Positions 1-8,413 of a DNA stretch of 24,000 nt are shown one piece after another. Every line of letters starts with the position of its first letter. Position 1 is the first letter of the stretch. The position numbers were made by a program, and so were the translations under genes. Source of the stretch: Candidatus Polarisedimenticolaceae bacterium (GTDB lineage: Bacteria > Acidobacteriota > Polarisedimenticolia > Polarisedimenticolales > DASUFT01); assembly GCA_036274395.1 (NCBI GenBank), contig DASUFT010000099.1, positions 1 to 24,000 of the forward strand. The letters run 5' to 3'. The notes beneath the pieces are model-generated. The model was given only the letters and a program-made list of their open reading frames with translations, was not told where the DNA came from and searched no databases.

Positions 1-1
1 C

Positions 2-145
2 GAGCTGCGCACGATCCACGAGTACGCCGCCGCCGAGCGCCGGGGCGAGGTCTTCCGCGAGCGCAACGTGCACGGCGTGGACGCCGAGGAGTACGCCCGC
101 CGCCTCCTCGAGGACGGCCGCCGCAAGGGGTGGCTCGAGGCGTGA
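2..145 (+). CDS. 3' end of an unidentified CDS (47 codons, continues off the left edge)
   Basis: The frame is open from the window edge to TGA at 143-145 (...EYARRLLEDGRRKGWLEA*). Third positions are G/C-rich like neighbouring genes. No motif recognised. Confidence 0.45.
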   Translation, partial: ELRTIHEYAAAERRGEVFRERNVHGVDAEEYARRLLEDGRRKGWLEA

Positions 146-155
146 GGGAAATGGC

Positions 156-521
156 ATGGCCGACCTCGTCCTCTACGACGGGACCTGTGCCCTCTGTCAC
201 GGGGTGGTGCGCTTCCTGATCGCCAGGGACCGTGCCGGCACCGCGTTCGTCTTCTCTCCCCTGGCCGAAGCATCCACCGCGGAAACCGTGCGCGTGCAGA
301 CCGAGGGCGGCGTCCTACTCACCCGTTCGGACGCCGTCCTCTACCTCCTGGAGCGGGTCGGCGGCGTGTGGCGCGTCCTCGCCCTCGCGGGACGCGTCGT
401 CCCCCGCAAGCTGCGGGACGCGGCCTACACCGTGGTGGCCCGCTCCCGCTACCGCGTGTTCGGGCGCACCGCCACCGCCTGCCCGGTGGTTCCCGAGCAC
501 CTCCGGGCGCGCTTCCGCTAG
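156..521 (+). CDS. DCC1-like (DUF393) thiol-disulfide oxidoreductase family protein
   Basis: 121-aa ORF with the N-terminal LYDGTCALCHGVVRF CxxC signature typical of the DCC/DUF393 family. GAGGGA lies about 6 nt upstream of the ATG. Confidence 0.85.
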   Translation: MADLVLYDGTCALCHGVVRFLIARDRAGTAFVFSPLAEASTAETVRVQTEGGVLLTRSDAVLYLLERVGGVWRVLALAGRVVPRKLRDAAYTVVARSRYRVFGRTATACPVVPEHLRARFR

Positions 522-3500
522 TTGGTCCCCGGCGCGATCGCCGACTGCCGCGCCAGCTCGTCCTGGGTGTAGGCGCGGCCGTTCTTGATCACCAGGCCCA
601 CGCTGGTGCTGTGGGTGATGTCGTCCAGCGGGTTCTTGTCCAGCACCACGAAGTCCGCGAGCTTTCCCGCCTCCAGCGAGCCCAGGTCGCCGTCCAGCCC
701 GAGAGTCTGCGCGGGGTAGAGGGTCCCCACCCGCAGCGCCTGCAGCGGGGTCATCCCGCCCTGCACGAAGGCCTGCAGCTCCCAGTGCGGCCCCAGCCCC
801 TGCATCTGTCCGTGCCCCCCCAGGCAGACACGGCCCCCCGCCAGCATCACGTCCTTGGCCGAGCGGGCCACGTCGACGTGGTGCCAGTCCTCGTCGTCCG
901 CCATCACGCTGCGGATACGGTTGGTCTCCGTGACCTGGGGCGGGACGAACCGCTTCAGGCGCGTGTCCTTCCAGAGGTCGTTGTGCTGAAGGAACCACTG
1001 GTCCCCGGAGAGACCCCCGTAGGCCACGAGCAGGGTGGGCGTGTAGGAGGTTCCGCTCTTGCCGAAGAGGGTGACCGCGTCCTTGCGCAGGGGGGCGAAG
1101 GGAAGGGCGTGCTCGATGGTGGTGTGCCCGTCCAGGATCATGCCCATGTTGGACTCGAAGTCGCCGCCGCCCTCGGGCACCACCATCATCTTCTCCTCCC
1201 GCGCGGCCTGGAGGATCCACTGGCGCTGCTCGCGCCGGGGCTGCATGTAGGACTTCACGGTGAAGGCGCCCAGCGCCTTCATGCGCCGCAGGTGCTTGCG
1301 GGCGTCGTCCAGGCTCTCCACCTTGGCCCGGTTGGGGTCCTCCGCGCCGTAGAGGATGTAGCCCGTGGAGAAGATGCGGGGCCCGGGCGTGAGGCCCGCC
1401 TCCACCATCTCGCTCTGGCCGAAGACCTCGAGCGTGCTCGCCGAGGGGTCGTGCGTCGTGGTCACGCCGTAGGCGAGGTTGGCCAGGTACTTCCAGGGCC
1501 GCTGGGGGAGGACGTCCAGGGTCGAGTAGTGCAGGTGGGCGTGCTCGTCGAACAGGCCGGGGATGATCGTCTTCCCGGAGACGTCCACGTGCTTGGCATC
1601 GGCCGGCAGGGTCATGGAGGCCGTCGGACCCACGGCCACGATACGGTCGTCCTTCACCACGATCGTGCCCTGCTCGATGACCTCGTCTCCCTTCATCGTG
1701 ATCAGCCGCGCCCCCGTGTAGGCGGTGGTGTCATGGGGCTTGTCCCGGGGAATGGAGAGGACGATCTCGATGGCCTGCGATTCCGGGAGCTTCGACTCCT
1801 CTTCTTCCTTCTTCTCTTCCTTCTTCCCCTTCCTGGGCTTCGCCGCGGCCTCCTCCTTGGCCTTCTCCTCCTCCGTCTTCGGCGGCGGGAACGCCTTCTC
1901 CAGGGAGAGGCGGCGGAACACCGGGCCGTGGATCCAGGTGATCGTCTTCCCCCCGTCCGCCCAGTTCACCCAGGAGCCGCCCTCGTCGGTCAGCTTGGTG
2001 AGGGGGAGCGCCGCGCCTTCCAGGGAGACGTCGACGGGATCCGAACCCACCAGGGGGAGCGCGGTCACCCAGGCGTTGTGCAGCTCGCTGGTGGCCACCC
2101 AGTGCTCGTCGGGGGAGACCACCGCCTCCTCGGCCCGGTCGAAGCGCAGGTGCACCTTCTTGTCCACGCCGTCCAGCCGCACGGAGGTGAGCAGAGCCTT
2201 GGGGACCGAGTAGGGCTTGGCGTCGGGATCGTCGTCCAGGTACCAGATGCGCTGGCCATCGGCGGACCAGGTGGGCCGCGCCATGCGCCGATTGGCGCCA
2301 CGGTTGGCGATCCCGGTCACGAAGTGGCTGGGGCCACCGAAGGCCGAGACCCAGTGGATCTCCTCCCACAGCTCGTCCGAGAGGTCGTCATCGCGGAAGC
2401 TGGCGCCGCTCCCCCGGACGTACACGACGCGCGAGCCGTCGGGGGAGAAGGCGGGATTGGCGTACTGGCCGGGACTCTCCGTGAGACGGCGGGGAGCCCC
2501 CTGCGTCTTCCCGTCCTGGCCCATGTTCACGGACCAGACGTGCCCTCCCTCCCGGTCGCTCCAGGTCACGAAGGTGAGCAGGTTCCCGTCGGCGGAGAAG
2601 GACGGCGCGTACTCCAGCGCCTCCCCCTCGGTGAGCCGCTCCGGCTTCCCGCCCGGCAGCGCCATCACGTACAGGTGGCCCACGGCGGAGAAGACCAGGT
2701 GCTTGCCGTCCGGTGACTGCACCGGCCAGCGCAGGATGCGGGCACGCAGCGTGTCGGCGCCCAGCTTCTGCGGGAAACGGACCGCCCTGGTCACCCGCTG
2801 CTCCACCCTAGCCGTGAAGGGGATCGGGCTGCGGGCGCCGGTGGCCGCGTCGACGCGGACGATCTTGCCGTCGGCCGTGGCCACGAGCGACTTCCCGTCC
2901 GGCATCCACGCGTAGCCGGGGAACACCCCGTGGGTGGCGAACCCCTCCTGGTTGTCCCGGGTGAGGCCGGTGGCGAGCTGGCGGGTGGCGCCCGTGGCCA
3001 GGTCCATGACCTCGAGCGCGGTCTTCGCCTCCACCCGCCGGATGAAGGCGAGCTGCTTCCCGTCCGGAGAGGGGAGGGGGGCGGCGGCGCCGCCCACCTC
3101 GCCGGTCAAGGGCTGGAGCTGCCCCGTCTTCCGGTCCAGGCGCTTGATCTGCCAGATGCCCTCGTAGGGATCCCGGTTGTACTGGTAGCGGGCGCCGCGC
3201 CCGGAGAAGAACAGGAACCTCCCCTCGCGCTCGAACGCGGGATCGGCGGCGTCCGGCTGGGCGTCCTTCTTCGTGACCTGCACGCCCTGTCCGCCGCGCA
3301 CGTGCCACATCCACAACTCGACGGTGCCCAGGGAGGAGGTGTCGGTGAGGCGCTTCCGCCCCACCAGCCACTGCCCATCCGGTGCCCAGGCGGGAGAATC
3401 GATCGTGCCCGACTTCTCGGAGCTGATCTGGCGCGCGTTCTTGCCGTCGAGGTCGCAGACCCAGAGGTTCTCGGTGCCGCCACGGTCGGAGGAGAAGGCC

Positions 3501-3889
3501 ACCAGCTTGCCGTCGGGGGAGAACCTGGGCGCGGCGTCGTAGCCCGGCCCCGAGGTGATCCGTGTCGCCTCGCCCCCCGCGATGGGCAGCAGGTAGAGGT
3601 CCCCCAGGAGCGAGAAGACCAGCCGCTTCCCGTCGGGGTGGACGTCCAGGGCGAGCCAGGTCCCCTCGTCCGTGGTGAAGGCCACGGTGTCGTAGGGCCC
3701 GTGGGGCGCGTCCACCTTCCAGTCCTTGCCGTCCGCCTTCTCTTCCTTCTTGGCCTCCGGCTTGGCCTTCTCCTCCTTCTCGGGAGAGGGAGGCGGGGGC
3801 TCGGGCGGGTGGTGGTCCCCGAGGTGAGCCCAGGACAGACCGGCGAGGGAGAGGGAAGCGATGGCGAGCGAGAGGGAGCGCAGACGCAT
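518..3889 (-). CDS. Secreted PD40/TolB-type beta-propeller protein fused to an amidohydrolase-superfamily domain
   Basis: The track ORF is 518..3925. I place the start at ATG 3889, which gives an MRLRSLSLAIASLSLAGLSWA signal-like N-terminus with GGAGGAGG immediately upstream. Repeated SPDG-type blade motifs (FSPDGK, PSPDGK, QSPDGK, FSADGN, FSPDGS, WSADGQ) indicate PD40 repeats. The C-terminal third carries the amidohydrolase HxH motif (FDEHAHLHY). Two K/E-rich low-complexity linkers are present. Confidence 0.85.
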   Translation of the reverse strand: MRLRSLSLAIASLSLAGLSWAHLGDHHPPEPPPPSPEKEEKAKPEAKKEEKADGKDWKVDAPHGPYDTVAFTTDEGTWLALDVHPDGKRLVFSLLGDLYLLPIAGGEATRITSGPGYDAAPRFSPDGKLVAFSSDRGGTENLWVCDLDGKNARQISSEKSGTIDSPAWAPDGQWLVGRKRLTDTSSLGTVELWMWHVRGGQGVQVTKKDAQPDAADPAFEREGRFLFFSGRGARYQYNRDPYEGIWQIKRLDRKTGQLQPLTGEVGGAAAPLPSPDGKQLAFIRRVEAKTALEVMDLATGATRQLATGLTRDNQEGFATHGVFPGYAWMPDGKSLVATADGKIVRVDAATGARSPIPFTARVEQRVTRAVRFPQKLGADTLRARILRWPVQSPDGKHLVFSAVGHLYVMALPGGKPERLTEGEALEYAPSFSADGNLLTFVTWSDREGGHVWSVNMGQDGKTQGAPRRLTESPGQYANPAFSPDGSRVVYVRGSGASFRDDDLSDELWEEIHWVSAFGGPSHFVTGIANRGANRRMARPTWSADGQRIWYLDDDPDAKPYSVPKALLTSVRLDGVDKKVHLRFDRAEEAVVSPDEHWVATSELHNAWVTALPLVGSDPVDVSLEGAALPLTKLTDEGGSWVNWADGGKTITWIHGPVFRRLSLEKAFPPPKTEEEKAKEEAAAKPRKGKKEEKKEEEESKLPESQAIEIVLSIPRDKPHDTTAYTGARLITMKGDEVIEQGTIVVKDDRIVAVGPTASMTLPADAKHVDVSGKTIIPGLFDEHAHLHYSTLDVLPQRPWKYLANLAYGVTTTHDPSASTLEVFGQSEMVEAGLTPGPRIFSTGYILYGAEDPNRAKVESLDDARKHLRRMKALGAFTVKSYMQPRREQRQWILQAAREEKMMVVPEGGGDFESNMGMILDGHTTIEHALPFAPLRKDAVTLFGKSGTSYTPTLLVAYGGLSGDQWFLQHNDLWKDTRLKRFVPPQVTETNRIRSVMADDEDWHHVDVARSAKDVMLAGGRVCLGGHGQMQGLGPHWELQAFVQGGMTPLQALRVGTLYPAQTLGLDGDLGSLEAGKLADFVVLDKNPLDDITHSTSVGLVIKNGRAYTQDELARQSAIAPGTN
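1796..1834. repeat. 39-nt uninterrupted polypyrimidine (plus strand) / polypurine tract
   Basis: Read directly as ctcctcttcttccttcttctcttccttcttccccttcct. On the minus strand it encodes the KKEEKKEEEE linker of the amidohydrolase protein. Confidence 0.9.
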
Positions 3890-3994
3890 GGATCCTCCTC
3901 CGGCAAGGGCGCGGAAGGGTTCCATACGTGGGGGGCCGGAGCAAGTTCGCGCCAGGCAGCCAGTTCGCCGGCCAACGCGTTTAACATCGCGGGG

Positions 3995-4600
3995 ATGACG
4001 CGCGGCGGCTGGCTAGCCTCGAGCCTGGCGATGGTGGCGCTTGTGGGCGCCTGTGGTCCGGGTGTGGTGCGCGAGCTGACCGTCTCCTCGGCTCCGGTCC
4101 CGCCCGGAACCTACACGCGTCCCGCATTTCGACCGGCGGTCACCCTCGAGCTTCACGAGGGCTGGACGCCCGTGAACGGGTTCGACGATTTCTTCGACGT
4201 CGAGCGGGATGTCGGCAGCCCGGACGTGATCGCCGTCCAGATCGCGTGCCCGCGGGGATTCGTCGGCCGAGCGGGGGTCCAGCCCGCCGATACCCCGGGG
4301 CAGGCGCACGTGGTGCTGTCCGAGAACCCTGGCCTCACGATGGGGCCGTCGAACGACTGCAGGATCGGCGGGCTCGTGGGGCAGGTCTTCGACGTCGAGA
4401 ACGGGTCGGGGCGGCACGTCGGCATCATGGAGCTCAGTCCCGGGACGCTCGGGATCGATCCGGGCCGGAAGCTGCGGATCGCCTGCTTCTCCACCCCGCA
4501 CGGGCTCGTGGCCGTCATGGTCGGAGGCTCGGTGGCGAGATGGAAGGACGCGGAGGCTGCGGCCCAGCCGGTACTGGACTCGATCCGCTTCACTCCCTAG
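3995..4600 (+). CDS. Hypothetical lipoprotein
   Basis: This is the in-frame ATG at 3995 within track ORF 2930..4600. The N-terminus MTRGGWLASSLAMVALVGAC has a lipobox (LVGAC). The upstream part of the track ORF is a shadow of the minus-strand gene. No family recognised. Confidence 0.7.
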   Translation: MTRGGWLASSLAMVALVGACGPGVVRELTVSSAPVPPGTYTRPAFRPAVTLELHEGWTPVNGFDDFFDVERDVGSPDVIAVQIACPRGFVGRAGVQPADTPGQAHVVLSENPGLTMGPSNDCRIGGLVGQVFDVENGSGRHVGIMELSPGTLGIDPGRKLRIACFSTPHGLVAVMVGGSVARWKDAEAAAQPVLDSIRFTP

Positions 4601-5046
4601 CGCGCGGCACTGGACGTTTCCGCCCAGCCGCGGAGGAGAGCGCGGTCCTCCTCGCTCAGGCGTGCTTCCGGATGCATGCGCAGATAGTTCGGGAGCGGCA
4701 TCTTCCCCTCCTGCACCTCGTCCCACACCTTGGCCGCCACTCGCGCGCGCTTCCTTGCGCTGGCCCGGTTCCACTCCTGGAAGTTCAGCTCCTTGCGTCC
4801 CTCGTGGACGTCGTCGGCCACCCTCCAGGACACCGGAGCCACGTAGGCGTACCAGGGCCAGCGCGTCTGGTTGGAGTGGCAGTCGAAGCAGGAGCGCTGC
4901 AGCACGGCCAGGACGGGCGGCGGTGCGGGGACGACGCCCTGCTCGGGCGGGTTGCTCCGGTCCACGGGGACGAGCTGGATGCCCGCCACCAGGACGAGCG
5001 CCCCCAGGAGGAGGATGCGAAGCCAGCGCCTCACGCCGCGGGCCAT
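4597..5046 (-). CDS. Haem-binding-domain (CxxCH) membrane-anchored protein
   Basis: 149 aa from ATG 5046 (MARGVRRWLRILLLGALVLVAG TM/signal anchor). It has a CFDCHS haem-c type motif followed by WPWYAYVAPVSW, as in the Haem_bd domain family. The start overlaps the stop of the upstream gene by 16 nt. Confidence 0.75.
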   Translation of the reverse strand: MARGVRRWLRILLLGALVLVAGIQLVPVDRSNPPEQGVVPAPPPVLAVLQRSCFDCHSNQTRWPWYAYVAPVSWRVADDVHEGRKELNFQEWNRASARKRARVAAKVWDEVQEGKMPLPNYLRMHPEARLSEEDRALLRGWAETSSAAR

Positions 5047-6245
5047 ACCGCCACCGAGGAGCCCACCCAGTCGAGGCCCTTGTTGTGGTCCACCCCGTGC
5101 ATCTTCCCCCGCGACAGGCGGACGAGGTTGATGGCCAGCGTCATGCGATCCTCGCCGTCCGGCCGGAGGAACATCATGCGGATCTCCGCCTTCACCCCGG
5201 CGCCGTCCGGCGCGATCAGCGCCGGAGCGTAGACCACCTTCTCCTGGAGAAGCCAGTGCGCCTGCTCCCCCTCGGGGATGCTCTCGATGAACGCGCGGTC
5301 CACGTCCACCTGCACGCCCTGGCCGGCGAAGGAGAACAGCGGTTTCAGGATGTAGCCGGAGAGATCGTCGGGGAGCCGGTCCACCTCGGAGAGGATGCGG
5401 GTGCGCGGCACCGCGGGGTGGTCGAGGTGAGGGAGGGTGGCCTTGGACCAGAGCCAGTACCACGTCGGGTGCGCCGCCCACACCACGTCCAGGTCGTCCC
5501 GGTAGTCGAAGGGGAGCACGGTGCGCCTGCGCTCCAGCTCGTCGAAGACGATCCGGTGCAGGATCCGCCGCACGGGCACGTACCGCTCTCCCAGGGGGGC
5601 CAGCAGGCGCCGCCCCTCGCGCTTCAGCTCGGTGGCGCACACCGCCCGCACACCCAGCAGGCGGGCGGTGGCGTGGAAGTCGGGACGGGTCTTCTGCGAG
5701 GCGGGATCGAGATCGAGGAGCACCACCTCGTCGGGGGCGGCGTCGGCGAGCACGGTGCGCCGCAGGAGGTCGAGGTACCCCTCGCGCGCTAGGTTGGAGA
5801 AGAGTCCCGTCCACCGCTCCGGCATGCCGGGGATGGCCGCCAGGACCTCCCCCCAGATCTCGCTCTGCACGAGCTGCATGCCGTAGAGGGAGGAGAAACC
5901 CTGCAGCTCGATGAGGCGGGGGACGAGGCGCCCCTCCCCGTCCTGGGCGATGGCGAGGTCGATGGAGTTGAAGTGGGGAAGGGCGTCCCGGCCCGGCGTG
6001 CGGTAGCGCTCGGGGACCGCAGCCTCGCCGGCGGCGAGGATCTCCGGCCGCCGGAGCTGCTCCTGGATCTCGCCGGCCACGCGCACGCAGGCCTCGCGCA
6101 GGTCGTCCGGGAGCAGCAGGGGCGTTTCCGCCAGCCTGAACTCGAAGCGCGGGGTGGCCAGGCGCTCGTCCATGAGCGCGCACATCTGCCGGTAGAGGTG
6201 GGGCCGGTAGTTACGGTTGAAGATGGGCCGGAGACGGGGATCCAT
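5031..6245 (-). CDS. Uncharacterised 404-aa protein, putatively a circularly permuted ATP-grasp-like ligase
   Basis: The start is ATG at 6243-6245 (MDPRLRPIF), overlapping the upstream stop as ATGA. The upstream part of track ORF 5031..6719 is a shadow frame. The order of elements resembles circularly permuted type-2 ATP-grasp proteins: IDLAIAQDGEGRLVPRLIELQGFSSLYG (E-x-N/Q-like segment) comes early, ILKPLFSFAGQGVQV (glycine-rich loop) comes late, then KAEIRMMF and LVRLSRGKMHGVDHNKGLDWVGSSV. That similarity is judged by eye only. Confidence 0.5.
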   Translation of the reverse strand: MDPRLRPIFNRNYRPHLYRQMCALMDERLATPRFEFRLAETPLLLPDDLREACVRVAGEIQEQLRRPEILAAGEAAVPERYRTPGRDALPHFNSIDLAIAQDGEGRLVPRLIELQGFSSLYGMQLVQSEIWGEVLAAIPGMPERWTGLFSNLAREGYLDLLRRTVLADAAPDEVVLLDLDPASQKTRPDFHATARLLGVRAVCATELKREGRRLLAPLGERYVPVRRILHRIVFDELERRRTVLPFDYRDDLDVVWAAHPTWYWLWSKATLPHLDHPAVPRTRILSEVDRLPDDLSGYILKPLFSFAGQGVQVDVDRAFIESIPEGEQAHWLLQEKVVYAPALIAPDGAGVKAEIRMMFLRPDGEDRMTLAINLVRLSRGKMHGVDHNKGLDWVGSSVAVWPAA

Positions 6246-7279
6246 CAGACAAGCGCGTCCGCGTCCACCAGGAAACGGCTGTCCCGCATGATCGGCTCGC
6301 CGTCGAAGTCGAGATCGAAGCGGCGCCCCACCACGTCCACGTGGGTGGTGGAGCTCCAGGTGGCCCCGGTGTGCTCGGCGTAGGGATGCCCGAAGGCCAG
6401 GTGCAATCCCGGCAGCTTCTCGTCCTGGAGGATCTGCCCGATGCAGTCGCGCAGGGCGAGGTTGGTCCCCAGCGCCAGCTCTCCCACCCGGTCGCTGTTG
6501 GCGTCGGTGGAGGTGTAGGCGCGGAAGTCGTCCACGATCTCCTGGCGGGGGCAGGTGAGACCCACGATGCGCGAGTCCTCGATCTCGATGCGCAGCGGGT
6601 GCTCGGTCATGCGCCCGTACTTGTTGGCCAGCCAGTCCCCCAGCACGCCGTCCACCACGAAGACGCCGTCCACGCGGGCGGGAGAGGTGAACACCTCCCC
6701 GCCCGGGAGGTTCCCCCACTTCTCCGGGCGGATGATCCCGGAGGTGGGGATCCAGCGGATCTCGGGAGAGAAGGTGGCGGTCAGGCGCGTCCCCGCCGGG
6801 CTCGTGGCCGTCATGGTGCGCGCGGGGCGCACCCGTTCCAGCACCCAGCGGCAGAGGGCGTCCACCCGCCGGAAGTCGGCGCGCATCCCTTCCACCATGA
6901 TCTCGGGGGTGATGTTCACCATGTGCCCGTGGCGGATGCGGCGGCGGTTGACGATCGCGGTCATGGCCACGCGGCTGGGAAGCTCCCCCCGCTGGGCCTG
7001 GGCGGCGAAGACGGAGACGTCGGCTTCCTCGAGGGCGTCCGCGATGGGCTGCGGCAGCACCGTGGTCGGCCGCTGCACATGCTCCTCCAGGACGAAGGCC
7101 GAGACCTTCGCCTGCGCGGCCCGCAGTTGCCGCAGGAGCGCCGCCCCGATGGGCAGGCAGGCGTCGTCCGTGATCAGCACGGCGCGCTCGCCCGGCCGCA
7201 CGGCCAGGCAGGTGAAGACCGCGTTGCGGGCGCCGGGCTCGAACGCGGGATCGTAGGGGAGCGTGTCCAAGTCTTTCAT
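6245..7279 (-). CDS. M29-family (AmpS/PepS-like) aminopeptidase
   Basis: 344 aa from ATG 7279 (MKDLDTLPYD). The C-terminal block VGELALGTNLA...ILQDEKLPGLHLAFGHPY...SSTTHVDVV matches the M29 thermophilic metalloprotease pattern (GE.alGtN ... l.DEK..G..H.A.G ... H.D.v). ATGA overlaps are present at both ends. Confidence 0.85.
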   Translation of the reverse strand: MKDLDTLPYDPAFEPGARNAVFTCLAVRPGERAVLITDDACLPIGAALLRQLRAAQAKVSAFVLEEHVQRPTTVLPQPIADALEEADVSVFAAQAQRGELPSRVAMTAIVNRRRIRHGHMVNITPEIMVEGMRADFRRVDALCRWVLERVRPARTMTATSPAGTRLTATFSPEIRWIPTSGIIRPEKWGNLPGGEVFTSPARVDGVFVVDGVLGDWLANKYGRMTEHPLRIEIEDSRIVGLTCPRQEIVDDFRAYTSTDANSDRVGELALGTNLALRDCIGQILQDEKLPGLHLAFGHPYAEHTGATWSSTTHVDVVGRRFDLDFDGEPIMRDSRFLVDADALV

Positions 7280-8409
7280 GTCCTCACGGCGGGAACGTCC
7301 AGGCCGACCTCGGTCTCCTGGACTACGAAATCCATCACGGCCTTGAGGTCCCCCGTCCTCCGGAAGACCTCGATCTGGCGCTCCGCCCCCGTCCCCTGGG
7401 CCACGATCTCCCGCGCCTTCTCGCACCAGGCCCGGGTGCCCAGGTCGTCCACCACCTCGTCCACGAACTCCAGGAGCTCCTCGAGCAGGCTCTGGTGCGG
7501 GACCTCCTCCTCCTTGCCGAAGTCGATGAGGAGGGCCTTCGTCCCCCAGCGCGCCGCCCGCCACTTGTTCTCCATGATGAGCGCCCGCCGGTAGGGACGG
7601 AAGCTGAGGTTCTGGAGGCGCAGCAGGGCGAGCTTGGCGGTGATGGCCTGGAACAGGGCGGCGATGACCAGGGTCTCCTCGTAGCGGAGGGGGATGTCGC
7701 AGATCCGGTACTCGAGGGTGGCGTAGCGGGGATGGGGGCGCACGTCCCACCAGATCTGCCCGCCGTCCAGGATGCAGCGCGTCTTCACCAGGAGGTCCAC
7801 GAAGCTCTGGAACTCGGCATACGAGGTGTAGAAGTCGGGGATGTTGGTGCGGGGGAACTTGTCGAAGACCTTGCAGCGGTACGACATCCACCCCGACTCC
7901 CGGCCCAGCCAGAAGGGCGAGTTCACGGAGAGGGCCAGGATGTGGGGGAGGAAGTAGCGCGCCTGGTTCATGATCTGGATCTGCATCTCCCGATCCTCGA
8001 CCCCCACGTGCACGTGCAGGCCGAAGATCAGGTTCGCGCGCGCCACCATCTGCAGGTCGTGGATGAGGCGCTCGTAGCGGGGGTTCCCCTCGCTGATGGG
8101 GACGTCGGCCCAGTGGGAGAAAGGATGGGTGCCGGCGGCCGCGATCCGGAGCCCGTTCTCCCGCGCCAGGACCGCCAGGTTGGTGCGCAGCGACCGCACC
8201 TCGCGGCGGGCGGCCTCGATGTTCTCGCACACGGAGGTGCCCAGCTCCACCACGGGCTGGTGCAGCTCGGGCTTGGCCCGTCCCTGCATGCGGCGGTCGG
8301 CGGCGTGGAAGATCTCCGCCACGTGAGAGCGCAGCTCCCGGGTCACCGGGTCGATGACCTGGAATTCCTCCTCGATGCCGATGCTCAGGGAGGGCGCCGT
8401 CATGGGCAT
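7276..8409 (-). CDS. Carboxylate-amine ligase, YbdK / glutamate-cysteine ligase family 2 (GCS2)
   Basis: 377 aa. The hallmarks LSIGIEEEFQVID, ELHQPVVELGTSVC, GTHPFSHW, FGLHVHVG, SVNSPFW and WWDVRPHPRYATLEYRICD are characteristic of the GCS2/YbdK family. Confidence 0.9.
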   Translation of the reverse strand: MPMTAPSLSIGIEEEFQVIDPVTRELRSHVAEIFHAADRRMQGRAKPELHQPVVELGTSVCENIEAARREVRSLRTNLAVLARENGLRIAAAGTHPFSHWADVPISEGNPRYERLIHDLQMVARANLIFGLHVHVGVEDREMQIQIMNQARYFLPHILALSVNSPFWLGRESGWMSYRCKVFDKFPRTNIPDFYTSYAEFQSFVDLLVKTRCILDGGQIWWDVRPHPRYATLEYRICDIPLRYEETLVIAALFQAITAKLALLRLQNLSFRPYRRALIMENKWRAARWGTKALLIDFGKEEEVPHQSLLEELLEFVDEVVDDLGTRAWCEKAREIVAQGTGAERQIEVFRRTGDLKAVMDFVVQETEVGLDVPAVRT

Positions 8410-8413
8410 GGCG

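Noticed and set aside
518-521. Convergent gene pairs sharing stop codons through a CTAG palindrome (518-521 and 4597-4600), and abutting stops in TGATCA (10727-10732).
   Set aside because: This is real in the sequence but is most simply explained by compact gene packing. There is no evidence of function beyond possible transcriptional overlap.
3942-3973. Direct repeat of AGTTCGC, 19 nt apart, in the divergent spacer between the amidohydrolase and lipoprotein genes, considered as an operator.
   Set aside because: A 7-nt repeat is within chance expectation, and there is no dyad symmetry or adjacent regulator gene.
315-3987. Long alternative-frame ORFs overlapping the amidohydrolase gene: 368..2716 +, 315..1220 -, 2808..3944 -, 3106..3987 -, and the 5' two-thirds of 2930..4600 +.
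   Set aside because: Their translations are Arg/Gly/Pro/Ala-rich low-complexity strings, typical of shadow frames in ~70% GC DNA. The 518..3889 minus frame carries clear domain motifs and proper G/C third-position bias.
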